From a virus: a DNA stretch of 64,000 nt. The position numbers and the translations under genes are program-made. The notes under the pieces were generated by a model that did no database searches, had not been told where the DNA came from, and saw nothing but the letters and a program-made list of their open reading frames with translations. Shown here piece by piece: positions 32,325-41,970 of this stretch; positions within the stretch are counted from its first letter, which is position 1, and each line of letters starts with the position of its first letter. Where the stretch lies: positions 64,001-128,000 of the IMG/VR virus record IMGVR_UViG_3300029319_000005. One strand, written 5' to 3'.

Positions 32325-32685
32325 AATCTATTTCCTCTATTTCTTGTTCAGCTTCTGTTTGGATAGAAATATATTTATCAATATCTTCGACAACATATTG
32401 AGAATGTTCTAAAAGTTCTTGTAATACAGTATCTCCATAAAAAGTTTCCATCTCATATATTTTTTCAACATGATTTGCAAACATGGTTAAAGAGGTTGAT
32501 ATTTCTATTAAATTTTCTTCAGACGTTGATAAATCTTTTAATAAGCTTTTAATATAAAGAAAAGCTAACAAATTTAAAATCACAGAAAGAAAAAGCAAAA
32601 ATGGTACGATGCCCACGACTAGAGCAATTAATAGACCATTTAATAGTAATGAAATTACAATTGCTATTCTAGCTTCCTGGCTCAT
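32302..32685 (-). CDS. Membrane protein with two N-terminal hydrophobic helices and a coiled coil
   Basis: Residues 7-45 are hydrophobic. Confidence 0.65.
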   Translation of the reverse strand: MSQEARIAIVISLLLNGLLIALVVGIVPFLLFLSVILNLLAFLYIKSLLKDLSTSEENLIEISTSLTMFANHVEKIYEMETFYGDTVLQELLEHSQYVVEDIDKYISIQTEAEQEIEEIDFDNEETP

Positions 32686-32938
32686 ATAACTCCTCTTTTA
32701 GCTTTTGCTTGTCTTTTTTCAAATCAGAGCGGAATTCTTCTATGCTTTGTTTTACCAAGCTTCCCACTTGATGAGGACTATCAACGCTATCTTTGCTCTT
32801 TACTGTAAAATTTGATATAGCTCTAGTTACACAATTTTTTTCTTTACAGACCAAGCAGTCCTCCACTGTGTCACCTACAGAGTGCCTAACCATAAACGAG
32901 ACTTGGCACTCACTGCATTTATAGACATATCTAGGCAT
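32669..32938 (-). CDS. FmdB-family zinc-ribbon regulatory protein
   Basis: 'MPRYVYKCSEC...CLVC...RAIS'. Confidence 0.8.
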   Translation of the reverse strand: MPRYVYKCSECQVSFMVRHSVGDTVEDCLVCKEKNCVTRAISNFTVKSKDSVDSPHQVGSLVKQSIEEFRSDLKKDKQKLKEELYEPGS

Positions 32939-33149
32939 CGTCTGTTAAATCTTCTGTGTCTTGTATTTCTTCTACATCAAACTTTACGATTGGAGGATTT
33001 AGTACAAATAATTCATCGTTTACAGTTGTAAAGTCTAAATTTTTTAACATGGGCACGATGTCACTCTGGTCCATAATGCACTTCTGTAAGCACATCATAA
33101 CTGCTCCTAATGCCTCATCTGAAAGCTTTGTCTTTTCTTCAATAGCCAT
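32931..33149 (-). CDS. Hypothetical protein
   Basis: 72 aa with AGGAG SD; overlaps the next gene. Confidence 0.7.
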   Translation of the reverse strand: MAIEEKTKLSDEALGAVMMCLQKCIMDQSDIVPMLKNLDFTTVNDELFVLNPPIVKFDVEEIQDTEDLTDDA

Positions 33150-33161
33150 TGTGGTTCTCCT

Positions 33162-34124
33162 TTACCATTTAAAATTATTTTTATAGTGCCAAACAATAGC
33201 ACTTATTTCTTCATCAAAATTCTTCTTTGGTTCCCATCCAAGATTTCTTAATTTAGTATCATCTAGTGAATACCTAACATCTTGTCCAGGTCTTGTATGC
33301 TCCAAATCGATATAATCGTTCCAATCTACATCATGAGAAAAATAACATTCTATTATCTTTTTAACAGTTTCTTTATTTTTTTGTTCAAACCCGCCAGCGA
33401 TATTAAAAATTTCATTTATAGCACCAGATTCAATAATCGTCATAACTCCTTGTGCGGTGTCTTCTGCGTGTAGCCAGTTTCTATACGGCTCTCCTCTATC
33501 GTGTAATCTTATCTTTTTCCCTCTTTGTAAAAGCTTAACTGACAATGGTATTAGCTTTTCTGCATTTTGATGGGTACCATAATTATTAGTTGGACGCAAA
33601 ATAATGTAATTAATTCCATAAGTTCTGGCCCAAGCTTCAATTAGCATGTCTGACGACGCCTTAGAAGCAGAATATGGGTTGCTTGGCTTAAGAGGGTCCT
33701 TCTCGGTGTGAGCGCCTTCTATAATGTCTCCATATACTTCATCCGTGCTAAAATGAAACAATACCGGCCTTTGTCCAACATTTGTTGGCTTGTTCTTTAT
33801 CAGATCAAGAATATTTTTAACTCCATTAATATTGCTCTTAATAAAGTCTTCACTGTCTATTATGCTATTGCCAACGTGAGTTTCTGCGGCTGTGTTAATA
33901 ACATAATCGCAATCAGGTATGGATTTTAAATCGCAAATGTCTGCTCTCTTAAAAACAAAATTATCGTCGTCTTTATTAAACGAATAAAATTCTTCTAACA
34001 GTTCCTTATTGGCTGCGTAAGTAAGATCGTCAATACCATACACTCTCCAGCCTTTTTTTAAGCAAAGACGAGTAACATGAGAACCAATAAATCCCAAACA
34101 TCCTGTTACAATTACTAATTTCAT
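33162..34124 (-). CDS. rmlB: dTDP-glucose 4,6-dehydratase
   Basis: TGxxGFIG, 'LTYAAN', 'AAETHV', 'STDEVYG', 'PYSASKA', 'NNYG', 'RPGQDVRYSLD'. Confidence 0.9.
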   Translation of the reverse strand: MKLVIVTGCLGFIGSHVTRLCLKKGWRVYGIDDLTYAANKELLEEFYSFNKDDDNFVFKRADICDLKSIPDCDYVINTAAETHVGNSIIDSEDFIKSNINGVKNILDLIKNKPTNVGQRPVLFHFSTDEVYGDIIEGAHTEKDPLKPSNPYSASKASSDMLIEAWARTYGINYIILRPTNNYGTHQNAEKLIPLSVKLLQRGKKIRLHDRGEPYRNWLHAEDTAQGVMTIIESGAINEIFNIAGGFEQKNKETVKKIIECYFSHDVDWNDYIDLEHTRPGQDVRYSLDDTKLRNLGWEPKKNFDEEISAIVWHYKNNFKW

Positions 34125-34495
34125 TAATCACCCTTTATAACTCTATAAGAATCACTATCAAAATGTTCCGTTGAAAATTCGTATAGTTCGCTATCTTCCA
34201 ATGCGACCATCTGATGTCTTAAGCCCGGATAAACGTAAAAATTATCGCCGGGGTTTAATATTAGTTGTTTAGCCTTTGTTATATCATCACTTTCAGAATA
34301 GTATAGCATCATCTTGCCAGATTGTAGGTAAAACACTTCGTCTTTCAATACATGGTAATGCCAAGAACACCTTTTGCCTTGTACAAAAAACAAAAGCTTC
34401 CCACAATATTCTTTTTTATTAACAATCCACTTTTCATATCCCCACCCTTTTTTAACAAACTTAATCGATGGAGTTTTGTTGGTTAAAGAATTCAC
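34124..34495 (-). CDS. Cupin-domain sugar isomerase (mannose-6-phosphate isomerase type II C-terminal-like)
   Basis: 'KGWGYEKW..YCGKLL..SWHYH..KDEVFY..G', 'PGLRH'. Confidence 0.7.
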   Translation of the reverse strand: MNSLTNKTPSIKFVKKGWGYEKWIVNKKEYCGKLLFFVQGKRCSWHYHVLKDEVFYLQSGKMMLYYSESDDITKAKQLILNPGDNFYVYPGLRHQMVALEDSELYEFSTEHFDSDSYRVIKGD

Positions 34496-34500
34496 TTTAT

Positions 34501-35520
34501 TTATCCTTTAGAGCTTTTGCTAGTTGTATCTACCTGCTTTTTTACCCAAGCATATGTTTCTTTCATTCCATCTAAAAGAGGCTTTGAAACTCTCCATCCA
34601 ATCTTTTCTTCGTATAGATTGTTGTCTGAATTTCTGCCATTTACCCCGATAGGACATTTATGCCCGTATTTATTTTCAAATTCCTCGCCACTAATATTAT
34701 GTACTGTCAAATTTTTGCCAGATATATCAATAGCCATTTGGGCAAAATCATTGATTGAAATCATCTCATCAGAGCCAATATTAACTGGTCCCGTAAAATC
34801 TGACTGCATAAATCGATAAGTAGCTTCCACGCACTCATCAACATATAAAAAAGATCTAGTTTGGTTTCCAGATCCCCATACTTCGATTGATTCCCCTTCT
34901 TTTGCTTCAGCCGCTTTTCTACACATAGCAGCAGGAGCCTTTTCTCTTCCCCCATCCCAAGTGCCACACGGCCCAAAAATATTATGATACCTAGCAACTC
35001 TAACTTGTAGGTTTTTATTTCTCATAAAAGCAAGATAAAGCCTCTCCGAAAAAAGCTTTTCCCAGCCGTACTCAGAGTCGGGGTTGGCTGGATACGCAGA
35101 ATCTTCGACGCAGTTTGGATTATCGGGATCAAGTTGGTTGTGCTCGGGATACATACACGCAGAAGACGAATAAAAGATCTTTTTAACGCCCTTGCTAGTT
35201 GCTTCATGTACCATATTTAAATTAATTAAAGCAGAATTGTGCATAATATCAGCGTCATTTTCACCAGTAAAAACAAACCCCGCGCCGCCCATATCTGCCG
35301 CAAGTTGATAAACCTCGTCCATATCCTTATCCACAACGCGGGCGACAACATGAGGGTCTCTCAAATCTCCAATAACAAAATCATCTGCTATTTCATCTAC
35401 GGGCTGGTACTCGTTAAGCTTTAGGTCAACCCCTCTAACCCAATACCCTCTCTCTTTCAAATATTTTACAAGATGTCCGCCAATAAAGCCACCGGCTCCA
35501 CAAACTAAAGCTTTCTTCAT
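34501..35520 (-). CDS. NAD-dependent epimerase, GDP-mannose 3,5-epimerase-like
   Basis: 'GAGGFIG', 'LAADMGGAGF', 'YSSSACMYPE', 'YGWEKL', 'GGREKAPAA.CRK', 'GRNSDN'. Confidence 0.85.
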   Translation of the reverse strand: MKKALVCGAGGFIGGHLVKYLKERGYWVRGVDLKLNEYQPVDEIADDFVIGDLRDPHVVARVVDKDMDEVYQLAADMGGAGFVFTGENDADIMHNSALINLNMVHEATSKGVKKIFYSSSACMYPEHNQLDPDNPNCVEDSAYPANPDSEYGWEKLFSERLYLAFMRNKNLQVRVARYHNIFGPCGTWDGGREKAPAAMCRKAAEAKEGESIEVWGSGNQTRSFLYVDECVEATYRFMQSDFTGPVNIGSDEMISINDFAQMAIDISGKNLTVHNISGEEFENKYGHKCPIGVNGRNSDNNLYEEKIGWRVSKPLLDGMKETYAWVKKQVDTTSKSSKG

Positions 35521-35524
35521 TATG

Positions 35525-36304
35525 TTATCCTTTTAAATTTTTAGGTATTTCACAAACAGGTGGCATTTGTAATTTGTGTTTAGTATTATAGTGCCTTTCT
35601 CTATATATTTTAAGAACTTTTTGTTGTCTTTCAGTAAGCTCTTCTTCAATGCCACGATCATTGTATTCAAGAGCCCACTCTAGTTCATCATAAGATGCGC
35701 CAATTTGATCCTCGTCCGATCTATTATCATTCCATAATCCATCAGTCGGTATAGCGTCCTGTATAGAGTTCGGGACTCCCATATAAGATGCTAACTCATA
35801 AACTTCAGATTTTAAAAGATCCGCTATGGGGCTTATATCAACTCCGCCATCCCCATATTTAGTAAAAAATCCTATACCATAATCCTCAACTTTGTTGCCA
35901 GTTCCAACAACCATGTAATTTTTTGAATTGGCACAGGCATAAAGAGTCATCATCCTTAATCTAGAAGCAGAGTTCGCAACCGCAAGATTTGTTAGCTCGG
36001 ATACAGACATCGCACCTCTAAAAGCATTAAAAGATTCTGTTAAATCTATTTCATAAGAACTAACATTATTATATTTTTCTTTCAGCCATTTAATCTGCTC
36101 ATTAGATCTATTATATTGCCCCTCTTCTTGTGAAATAGGCATATTTAAAACTAAAACAGGTCTTCCTGTATTAGCAGCTAAGGTAGAAGTCAAGGCAGAA
36201 TCAATGCCTCCAGAGACACCTACAATAAAGCCATTACAATCCGCTTCTTCTATGATGTTGTCAAGCCATCCCGTTATAAAGTCTATTGTCTGTTTATTAT
36301 TCAT
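35525..36304 (-). CDS. nadE: NH3-dependent NAD+ synthetase
   Basis: PP-loop 'GVSGGIDSA', 'RLRM', 'GTGNKVE', 'GFFTKYGDGG', 'PTDGLW..DEDQIG..Y'. ATG 36304 overlaps the upstream stop. Confidence 0.9.
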   Translation of the reverse strand: MNNKQTIDFITGWLDNIIEEADCNGFIVGVSGGIDSALTSTLAANTGRPVLVLNMPISQEEGQYNRSNEQIKWLKEKYNNVSSYEIDLTESFNAFRGAMSVSELTNLAVANSASRLRMMTLYACANSKNYMVVGTGNKVEDYGIGFFTKYGDGGVDISPIADLLKSEVYELASYMGVPNSIQDAIPTDGLWNDNRSDEDQIGASYDELEWALEYNDRGIEEELTERQQKVLKIYRERHYNTKHKLQMPPVCEIPKNLKG

Positions 36305-37412
36305 CGCTATTAAACTCTCTCTCTTGGTATACAAAAAGATTTCCAAATTTTTGTTTAAGTTTATTAACAACTTCTTTAGATTCTTTAATTACAACAGTAA
36401 AACCCTTTTTTGCTATCTGAGCGGCATATTCTAGCTGTTGGGATTCTTCAATTATTGTTGTGTTCGGCTTATAGGTAACTGAATCGAAAGAAACCAAATC
36501 CGACTTTGCATTCTTACAAAAGTCTTCCACCTGAAACTTTAAATGCTCCTTATTGCTCTCGTCGGAAGCTAGGCTGATAAGGGCTTTAATATTCTTATCG
36601 CTTGCATAGATCGCTAAAGCCCTATTATCTCTTGGGAAACAAGGTCCACCATATCCGAATCCATAGCCAAGATACTTTAATCCAATTCTAGAATCTGCTC
36701 CAATTGCATTCAAAATCTTTTGTGGGCTGCATCCGGAAGCTATTGCAATATCCCCAACCATATTGGCAAATGCAATTTTAGTTGTCAAAAAACAATTAAG
36801 AGATATTTTAGTTAATTCTGCTTCAGTCCTATTCATTTTATGAATAAATGGATTATTGTTTGTCATATCTTTGTATGCCTTTTCAATAATCATTCCAGCA
36901 TCTTTATTGCCTTCTCCTATTAAAACCATATCGGGTTGTAGCTGGTCTCTTAGGATGCTGCCCTGCGCAATAAATTCAGGATTATAGCTAACAATATAAT
37001 TAAAGTCCTTAAGTCTCTCCTGCACTGTATCGCAATATCCAGGCATAGTTGTGCAGCAAATAACCAAATGTTTCGTTTCTTTTGCAGGCCCAAGTTTAAT
37101 TAAAGATTTTGCCAGTTCGTCTACTTGAGAATGATCATATCTGCCATTTTCTAAAGACGGAGTTGCTACAACAACAAACAAAAGATTTGAGAAATCTATC
37201 GCCTCTTGAAGATCTGTAGTGGCCTTAAATCTTTTAGACTCTTGAAGATATTCCTCCACATTTGGTTCAACACTAGAAAGCTGCTTCGAATTAATTAAAT
37301 CAACATAATCCTGATTGACGTCTACTCCAACTACGTCGTATGATGCTCTCTCTAGCGTTAAGGAGAAGCAGAGACCCAGCCTCCCAATTCCTATTACTGA
37401 TGCCTTATTCAC
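36297..37412 (-). CDS. ugd: UDP-glucose/GDP-mannose 6-dehydrogenase family protein
   Basis: GxGxxG, 'VATPS', 'YNPEFIAQG', 'AELTK', catalytic 'GYGGPCFPRD'. Confidence 0.85.
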   Translation of the reverse strand: MNKASVIGIGRLGLCFSLTLERASYDVVGVDVNQDYVDLINSKQLSSVEPNVEEYLQESKRFKATTDLQEAIDFSNLLFVVVATPSLENGRYDHSQVDELAKSLIKLGPAKETKHLVICCTTMPGYCDTVQERLKDFNYIVSYNPEFIAQGSILRDQLQPDMVLIGEGNKDAGMIIEKAYKDMTNNNPFIHKMNRTEAELTKISLNCFLTTKIAFANMVGDIAIASGCSPQKILNAIGADSRIGLKYLGYGFGYGGPCFPRDNRALAIYASDKNIKALISLASDESNKEHLKFQVEDFCKNAKSDLVSFDSVTYKPNTTIIEESQQLEYAAQIAKKGFTVVIKESKEVVNKLKQKFGNLFVYQEREFNSDE

Positions 37413-37423
37413 TATTACAACTC

Positions 37424-38296
37424 CTATATAAGATGCCAGTCTTCTGGTGTTTGCCCTTCCCTGTGCGCGTCGGGGTTGTCAACAAAATAATTTTTAGGGG
37501 CTACAACTATCTTTTCTTTATTATCATTTAAGTATGCAGCCCACCATCCAAATGATGTATTATGACAAGTGATATTGTGATCACAGGCCTTCATAATTGC
37601 AAAGTCCATTATATCATCTTTACCTTCGCAATATAAAATATTTTCACCATTTATATTATTCTTACACCATTCTATATCTTTTTCGTTTCCAACTTGTCCT
37701 CTACTGCCGCCAGTAAAGATAAGATATTTTACTTTCTTACTTTTAAATTTAGTTTTTGCCTCTTTAAAATATCTACCGAATATACTATCCCAAGTAAAAA
37801 TATCATTTTCCCCATAATAATGGCCTAGCTCAGGATTTGTGCCATCCGTGTTGTCTCCACGACGAACATGCACACTGACTAATTCGCTGCCGTCTTCTTT
37901 CAATCGATTAACATATTCTTCGGCTTCTTGTTCTAAATGATCTAAAAGTCTAAATTCTTTTCTTATTTGTTCTTCTATATTTTGAAAATAGTAGATACTT
38001 TGAAAGAATCCATATAAATCAGTATTAGGAGGAACATTAAATATATCAGGATACCACTTCATGTGATCAGGCTCCACAAAGCGCGCCTGTATATCATTAT
38101 ATTCACTTAATTCTAGATATTCACATTCAATTTTAAAATTTTTCAGCAAGCATTTTTGACCATGCCAGGACATATGATCGGGATCAGGAATTTTTAAAAC
38201 ATTACCAGTCTTAATAGCTACAGATTTTGCCGTCGCATATTGATATAGTTGGTTGCCAAGTCTTCCCAACATGCCTAGTTGACTAAAAGTAATCAT
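37424..38296 (-). CDS. GT11 alpha-1,2-fucosyltransferase-like glycosyltransferase
   Basis: 'GRLGNQLYQYA', 'GFFQS..YF', 'SVHVRRGD', 'SFGWWAAYL'. Confidence 0.85.
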   Translation of the reverse strand: MITFSQLGMLGRLGNQLYQYATAKSVAIKTGNVLKIPDPDHMSWHGQKCLLKNFKIECEYLELSEYNDIQARFVEPDHMKWYPDIFNVPPNTDLYGFFQSIYYFQNIEEQIRKEFRLLDHLEQEAEEYVNRLKEDGSELVSVHVRRGDNTDGTNPELGHYYGENDIFTWDSIFGRYFKEAKTKFKSKKVKYLIFTGGSRGQVGNEKDIEWCKNNINGENILYCEGKDDIMDFAIMKACDHNITCHNTSFGWWAAYLNDNKEKIVVAPKNYFVDNPDAHREGQTPEDWHLI

Positions 38297-38913
38297 CTTA
38301 CCTCTATATTCTCAAAAAGTTTAAATTCGGTTAAATCTCTATAAGGTGGATCTTCCGGTATGTCCGGCATATGTTCCGGATAGTTTTGCATCAAAGTTAG
38401 TCCTCTTGCTGCTTGTTCAGGTGTCATGTACATATTCCACCCTTCTTCGTCAATCATGTCTTCGTGATATTTCATCCCATCTGTCCTGCCTTCATATCTT
38501 CTAGCTTTTAGCCATTTGACAGCATCCATACTATCACAAAGAATCATGCCTCCCTTGCCTATTTTTAAATGTTTTTTAATGTGAAAAGATAGGCACATAA
38601 GAGTCCCAGGAATATACATATTAGAAGTCAGTCTTTTCGCTGCGTCGTAGATCGGAAACGGTTTAAATTGATAGATTCCTTCCCACTCAATATCTTCGAA
38701 TACTAACTCCCCTCCTGCTTGCATAATAGATTGCGGAGGAGATAGATAGGTTCTCTTTGGTATAGTGACCTCTTTGCCTTCAACTCCTACCCATTTACAT
38801 GCAAGAAATAGAGCGTTTGTGCAACTATTCACAGAAACGGCAAAAGGCGCTCCCGTATAGTGTGCAATCTCTTCTTCAAACATTTTTACTATTTTATATG
38901 GATTATGTAACAT
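38293..38913 (-). CDS. Short DegT/DnrJ/EryC1/StrS PLP-dependent sugar aminotransferase
   Basis: 'FEEEIA..AVSVNSCTNAL', 'DAA', 'SFHIKKHL..GKGGMI' (PLP lysine). Confidence 0.75.
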   Translation of the reverse strand: MLHNPYKIVKMFEEEIAHYTGAPFAVSVNSCTNALFLACKWVGVEGKEVTIPKRTYLSPPQSIMQAGGELVFEDIEWEGIYQFKPFPIYDAAKRLTSNMYIPGTLMCLSFHIKKHLKIGKGGMILCDSMDAVKWLKARRYEGRTDGMKYHEDMIDEEGWNMYMTPEQAARGLTLMQNYPEHMPDIPEDPPYRDLTEFKLFENIEVR

Positions 38914-39811
38914 GATTGTCTCCTAAATTAAGATTTGCTTTAGCCAAGCCAAAACCCTCTCGTCCGTATTTGTCTCCATTGTAAAGCATGTATAAGTTTT
39001 CCTTGTGTTTAAAAACATGGGGATAACATACCATATTTTTATCCCACCCTTTAGCAGAAATATTTAAATTGCTTTGTTTCATGGACCAAGCTTCTCCATT
39101 TTTACTAAAAGCATATCCAATTCTATATGGTGTCCCGTCGCCTGATCTGTAGGAAAACCACATGTGATATCCATCTATATCTTTATGGACAGATGGTTTA
39201 GAGAAGGCTTGTGCTTTACCTATTTCATAAGGTATTGCTACACCTTTAAAGTCCCAAGTTTCACAATCTTTAGATGTGGCGTACTTTATGACGTGAACCA
39301 TTTCTCCATTGACAGACGTCCAGCTTATTGTAGAGCCATACCACATTTTATACAACCCATTTTCATGAATAATGTGAGGGTAAGATAGGCTAACTTTGTC
39401 TTCTTCGTTAGTACCCAGGAGCATTGATATTTCTTTTGTTCTTAAATTTACTTTTCCAATATCTCCTCTCCAATGATGACCTTCCCTTTGTTGCCAGCCC
39501 ATAAAACCAATATAGTCATCGCCATCCTGATTCCAGCAGTTGCCAATAGTTATTCCATGAGAATAGAAAGTATTCTCTTTTGGCTCAGCTATGGGATTTT
39601 TATGATCATTAACAATCTTTCTCTGCTCGATATCAAAATCAACATAAGAAATAGAAGACCTATTTTGGCTATCCCTTCCGGAGTAAAATATTCTAAATAT
39701 GTCGCCGCCTAAATGATAAGCTAAAGGATTAGAAGCATGAGTCACCAAAGACGGATGATCATTGTCCACCTCATATATCATTCCTAGTTTTTCCCAAGCA
39801 CATTCTTTCAT
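38903..39811 (-). CDS. Five-bladed beta-propeller glycosidase/phosphorylase-like protein
   Basis: Repeated 'P.V....YxMW[YF]..I.YA.S.[DN]G..W' blades. Such proteins are common in surface-polysaccharide loci. Confidence 0.6.
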   Translation of the reverse strand: MKECAWEKLGMIYEVDNDHPSLVTHASNPLAYHLGGDIFRIFYSGRDSQNRSSISYVDFDIEQRKIVNDHKNPIAEPKENTFYSHGITIGNCWNQDGDDYIGFMGWQQREGHHWRGDIGKVNLRTKEISMLLGTNEEDKVSLSYPHIIHENGLYKMWYGSTISWTSVNGEMVHVIKYATSKDCETWDFKGVAIPYEIGKAQAFSKPSVHKDIDGYHMWFSYRSGDGTPYRIGYAFSKNGEAWSMKQSNLNISAKGWDKNMVCYPHVFKHKENLYMLYNGDKYGREGFGLAKANLNLGDNHVT

Positions 39812-39812
39812 G

Positions 39813-40478
39813 TCAAAGCTTAAAACTACTACTTGGCTTATCTAATTTGGTGCTTCTAGCAGGCACGTACACTGAGCCTTTCTCTGTGTTTTTAGTTACT
39901 ACAGAACCGGCTCCTATTAGACTTTCTTCCCCAATTTCGACCATATGTCCTATAGTGCTGTTAACCCCAATAAAGCAATGAGAACCTACAGTACATTGTC
40001 CAGAAACAACAACATGAGAACTTATAAAGTTGTGACTCTTTATAGTGCTATGGTGCCCAATGTGATTGCCGCTCCAAAGAATAACGTTATCTTCAACTTT
40101 AACAAACGGTTGAATAGTATTGTCTTCAAAAATAAAACAGTTCTCTCCAATCGCTTCTTTTGTCATGATACTACTTTTTGAACTAATATAAGACGGAAGA
40201 TTGTAGCCCATATCTTTTGCTTCATAAAATTTTCTCTTCCTCAAATGATTTAGTTCAGTGTAGCTTAAAGCTATATGCATATCGTGACTTTCGGGAGGGT
40301 ATAGATCGCGCACTTTAGAAAATGGAACCATGGGGAGCCCCAAGTATTCATTATTAGTTATGTAATCGTCATCTTTTGTAAAACAAACGACTTCATATTC
40401 AGTATCATCATTGAAATATTGGTGAGCTATTTCTGTATAAAGTCCTTCTCCAAAAAGTATCAGTTTTTTGTTTTTCAT
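39813..40478 (-). CDS. Sugar acetyltransferase, NeuD/PglD family (left-handed beta helix)
   Basis: Hexapeptide repeats, 'HIGHHS', 'GAGSVVTK'. Confidence 0.85.
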   Translation of the reverse strand: MKNKKLILFGEGLYTEIAHQYFNDDTEYEVVCFTKDDDYITNNEYLGLPMVPFSKVRDLYPPESHDMHIALSYTELNHLRKRKFYEAKDMGYNLPSYISSKSSIMTKEAIGENCFIFEDNTIQPFVKVEDNVILWSGNHIGHHSTIKSHNFISSHVVVSGQCTVGSHCFIGVNSTIGHMVEIGEESLIGAGSVVTKNTEKGSVYVPARSTKLDKPSSSFKL

Positions 40479-40518
40479 TTTTTACCTCTTCTGTAGTTCT
40501 AATAAAATAGATAAGTTC

Positions 40519-40545
40519 ATTATACACCATATTAATCACTTCCAA
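40519..40545 (-). promoter_or_regulatory. Possible sigma70-type promoter inside the glycan cluster
   Basis: TATAAT (40524-40519) in a 57-nt gap, with a GAGG SD downstream. The -35 (TTGGAA, 15-nt spacer) is weak. Confidence 0.35.
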
Positions 40546-41234
40546 TTAAAATATTTTATAGTCTGGTCTCCTAAATTAAAGAACATATCGACGATACTAA
40601 CATAGTGATCAAAGCCCTGCCACATTTGTGTATATTCAGGAAAATTATCTAAATCATAATAAGTTAATTTTATATTATTCTTTTCAAACAAGCCTTCATC
40701 CATATACCCCTTTGCGGCAGGCCCAGTAAAATATTCATTCGCATCCATATCATTACACAAATTAATAAGTTTTTCAGTCTTCCCGCCCCTTATATCAAAT
40801 TCTCTTGAATCTAAAATGCTTATATCTAGTTCTAAAAGACTAATACATCTTTGTAATAATACTCTATTAATATCCGACAAGTAATCATAATTTTTTAGTT
40901 CTTTGAGATAAAGTTCTTCAAAGTAAACGGAATATTCTTTAAAGTATGGTGCTTTCCGATAATTCTCAGTTATTTTGTTCCAATGATTCAAAGACCAGTT
41001 ATTATCTTTTACTTTCGCTTCGTTTATCTTTTGATGAAACTTGCCTTTAACATCAACTGGAATTGATAGCCAGGATGGTCCGTTTGGAGTTATTATTTTA
41101 TTTCTATTTCTCCAATCTCGCTTTGTATATTGGGCGTTATCATATAAGATAATATGAGTAGCCTTTTTCATGGTGGTAAAATAGCCTTTCCATGGTATAT
41201 AATTTGATTGTGTTATGATTATTTTATTCGGCAT
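40536..41234 (-). CDS. wbqC: WbqC-family protein
   Basis: 'QSNYIPWKGYF', 'QYTKRDWRNRNKI', 'WLSIPV', 'YRKAPYF', 'SIVDMFFN'. Confidence 0.85.
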   Translation of the reverse strand: MPNKIIITQSNYIPWKGYFTTMKKATHIILYDNAQYTKRDWRNRNKIITPNGPSWLSIPVDVKGKFHQKINEAKVKDNNWSLNHWNKITENYRKAPYFKEYSVYFEELYLKELKNYDYLSDINRVLLQRCISLLELDISILDSREFDIRGGKTEKLINLCNDMDANEYFTGPAAKGYMDEGLFEKNNIKLTYYDLDNFPEYTQMWQGFDHYVSIVDMFFNLGDQTIKYFNWK

Positions 41235-41970
41235 TGTTATTTCTATTAAGTCGGTATGTTCTAAAATCCATCACACTTAGAAATTCATTACTCTCAAATC
41301 CTAAAAGTCTATTTAATCTATCATCTTGTGTTTTTTTTCTTAAACAGTGTGGATATTTTATTTGTTGTTTTATAAATGGCAATGTAAACATATTATTTAC
41401 ACCGCATCTTGATTGATTTGTTTTATTGTCTCCGGCACTATGATAAACCATAGAATCAAACAAAATGACAGAGCCTGCCTCCACGCCGGGTGTTTCTTCA
41501 TTATTATAAGAAGTTAATTTTTCAACCATATGGCTCCCTGGTATAAAAGAAGTCCCTCCATTGCTTTCATTATAGTCATCTAGGCAATAATACAAATTTA
41601 TAGATAAAGGTCTAGACGATGTAAACTCTTGATATATGAGATCTCTGTGAAAAAAGCTTTGGTGGTGTTTTTTCATGGGAGGTATGAAAATACCATTTTG
41701 CAAGCTTAATATCGCATGGTCTCCTAGAATATCTTCAACAATCTTCCGTGAAAAATCATTATAAAAAAGATATTGAAATTTTTGATCTTGCAAAAAAGGG
41801 GACCGAACTGTGTTGTCTTCTCCAATCTTTTTAAGGTTGTCTTCTCCAAAATCATCCTTTTGTTGTTCATATAAATCAAGAATTCTATTTTTGTAGAAAT
41901 CAACTTGAGACTTCTCCAAGACATCATGGAATACTTGAAATCCTTTTTCTTTAAAATCTTTATATTCCAT
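41224..41970 (-). CDS. Phytanoyl-CoA dioxygenase (PhyH) family Fe(II)/2OG oxygenase
   Basis: 'FHRD', 'NGGT.FIPGSH', 'AGSVILFD..YHSAG.N..R'. Likely start is ATG 41970. Confidence 0.8.
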   Translation of the reverse strand: MEYKDFKEKGFQVFHDVLEKSQVDFYKNRILDLYEQQKDDFGEDNLKKIGEDNTVRSPFLQDQKFQYLFYNDFSRKIVEDILGDHAILSLQNGIFIPPMKKHHQSFFHRDLIYQEFTSSRPLSINLYYCLDDYNESNGGTSFIPGSHMVEKLTSYNNEETPGVEAGSVILFDSMVYHSAGDNKTNQSRCGVNNMFTLPFIKQQIKYPHCLRKKTQDDRLNRLLGFESNEFLSVMDFRTYRLNRNNNAE

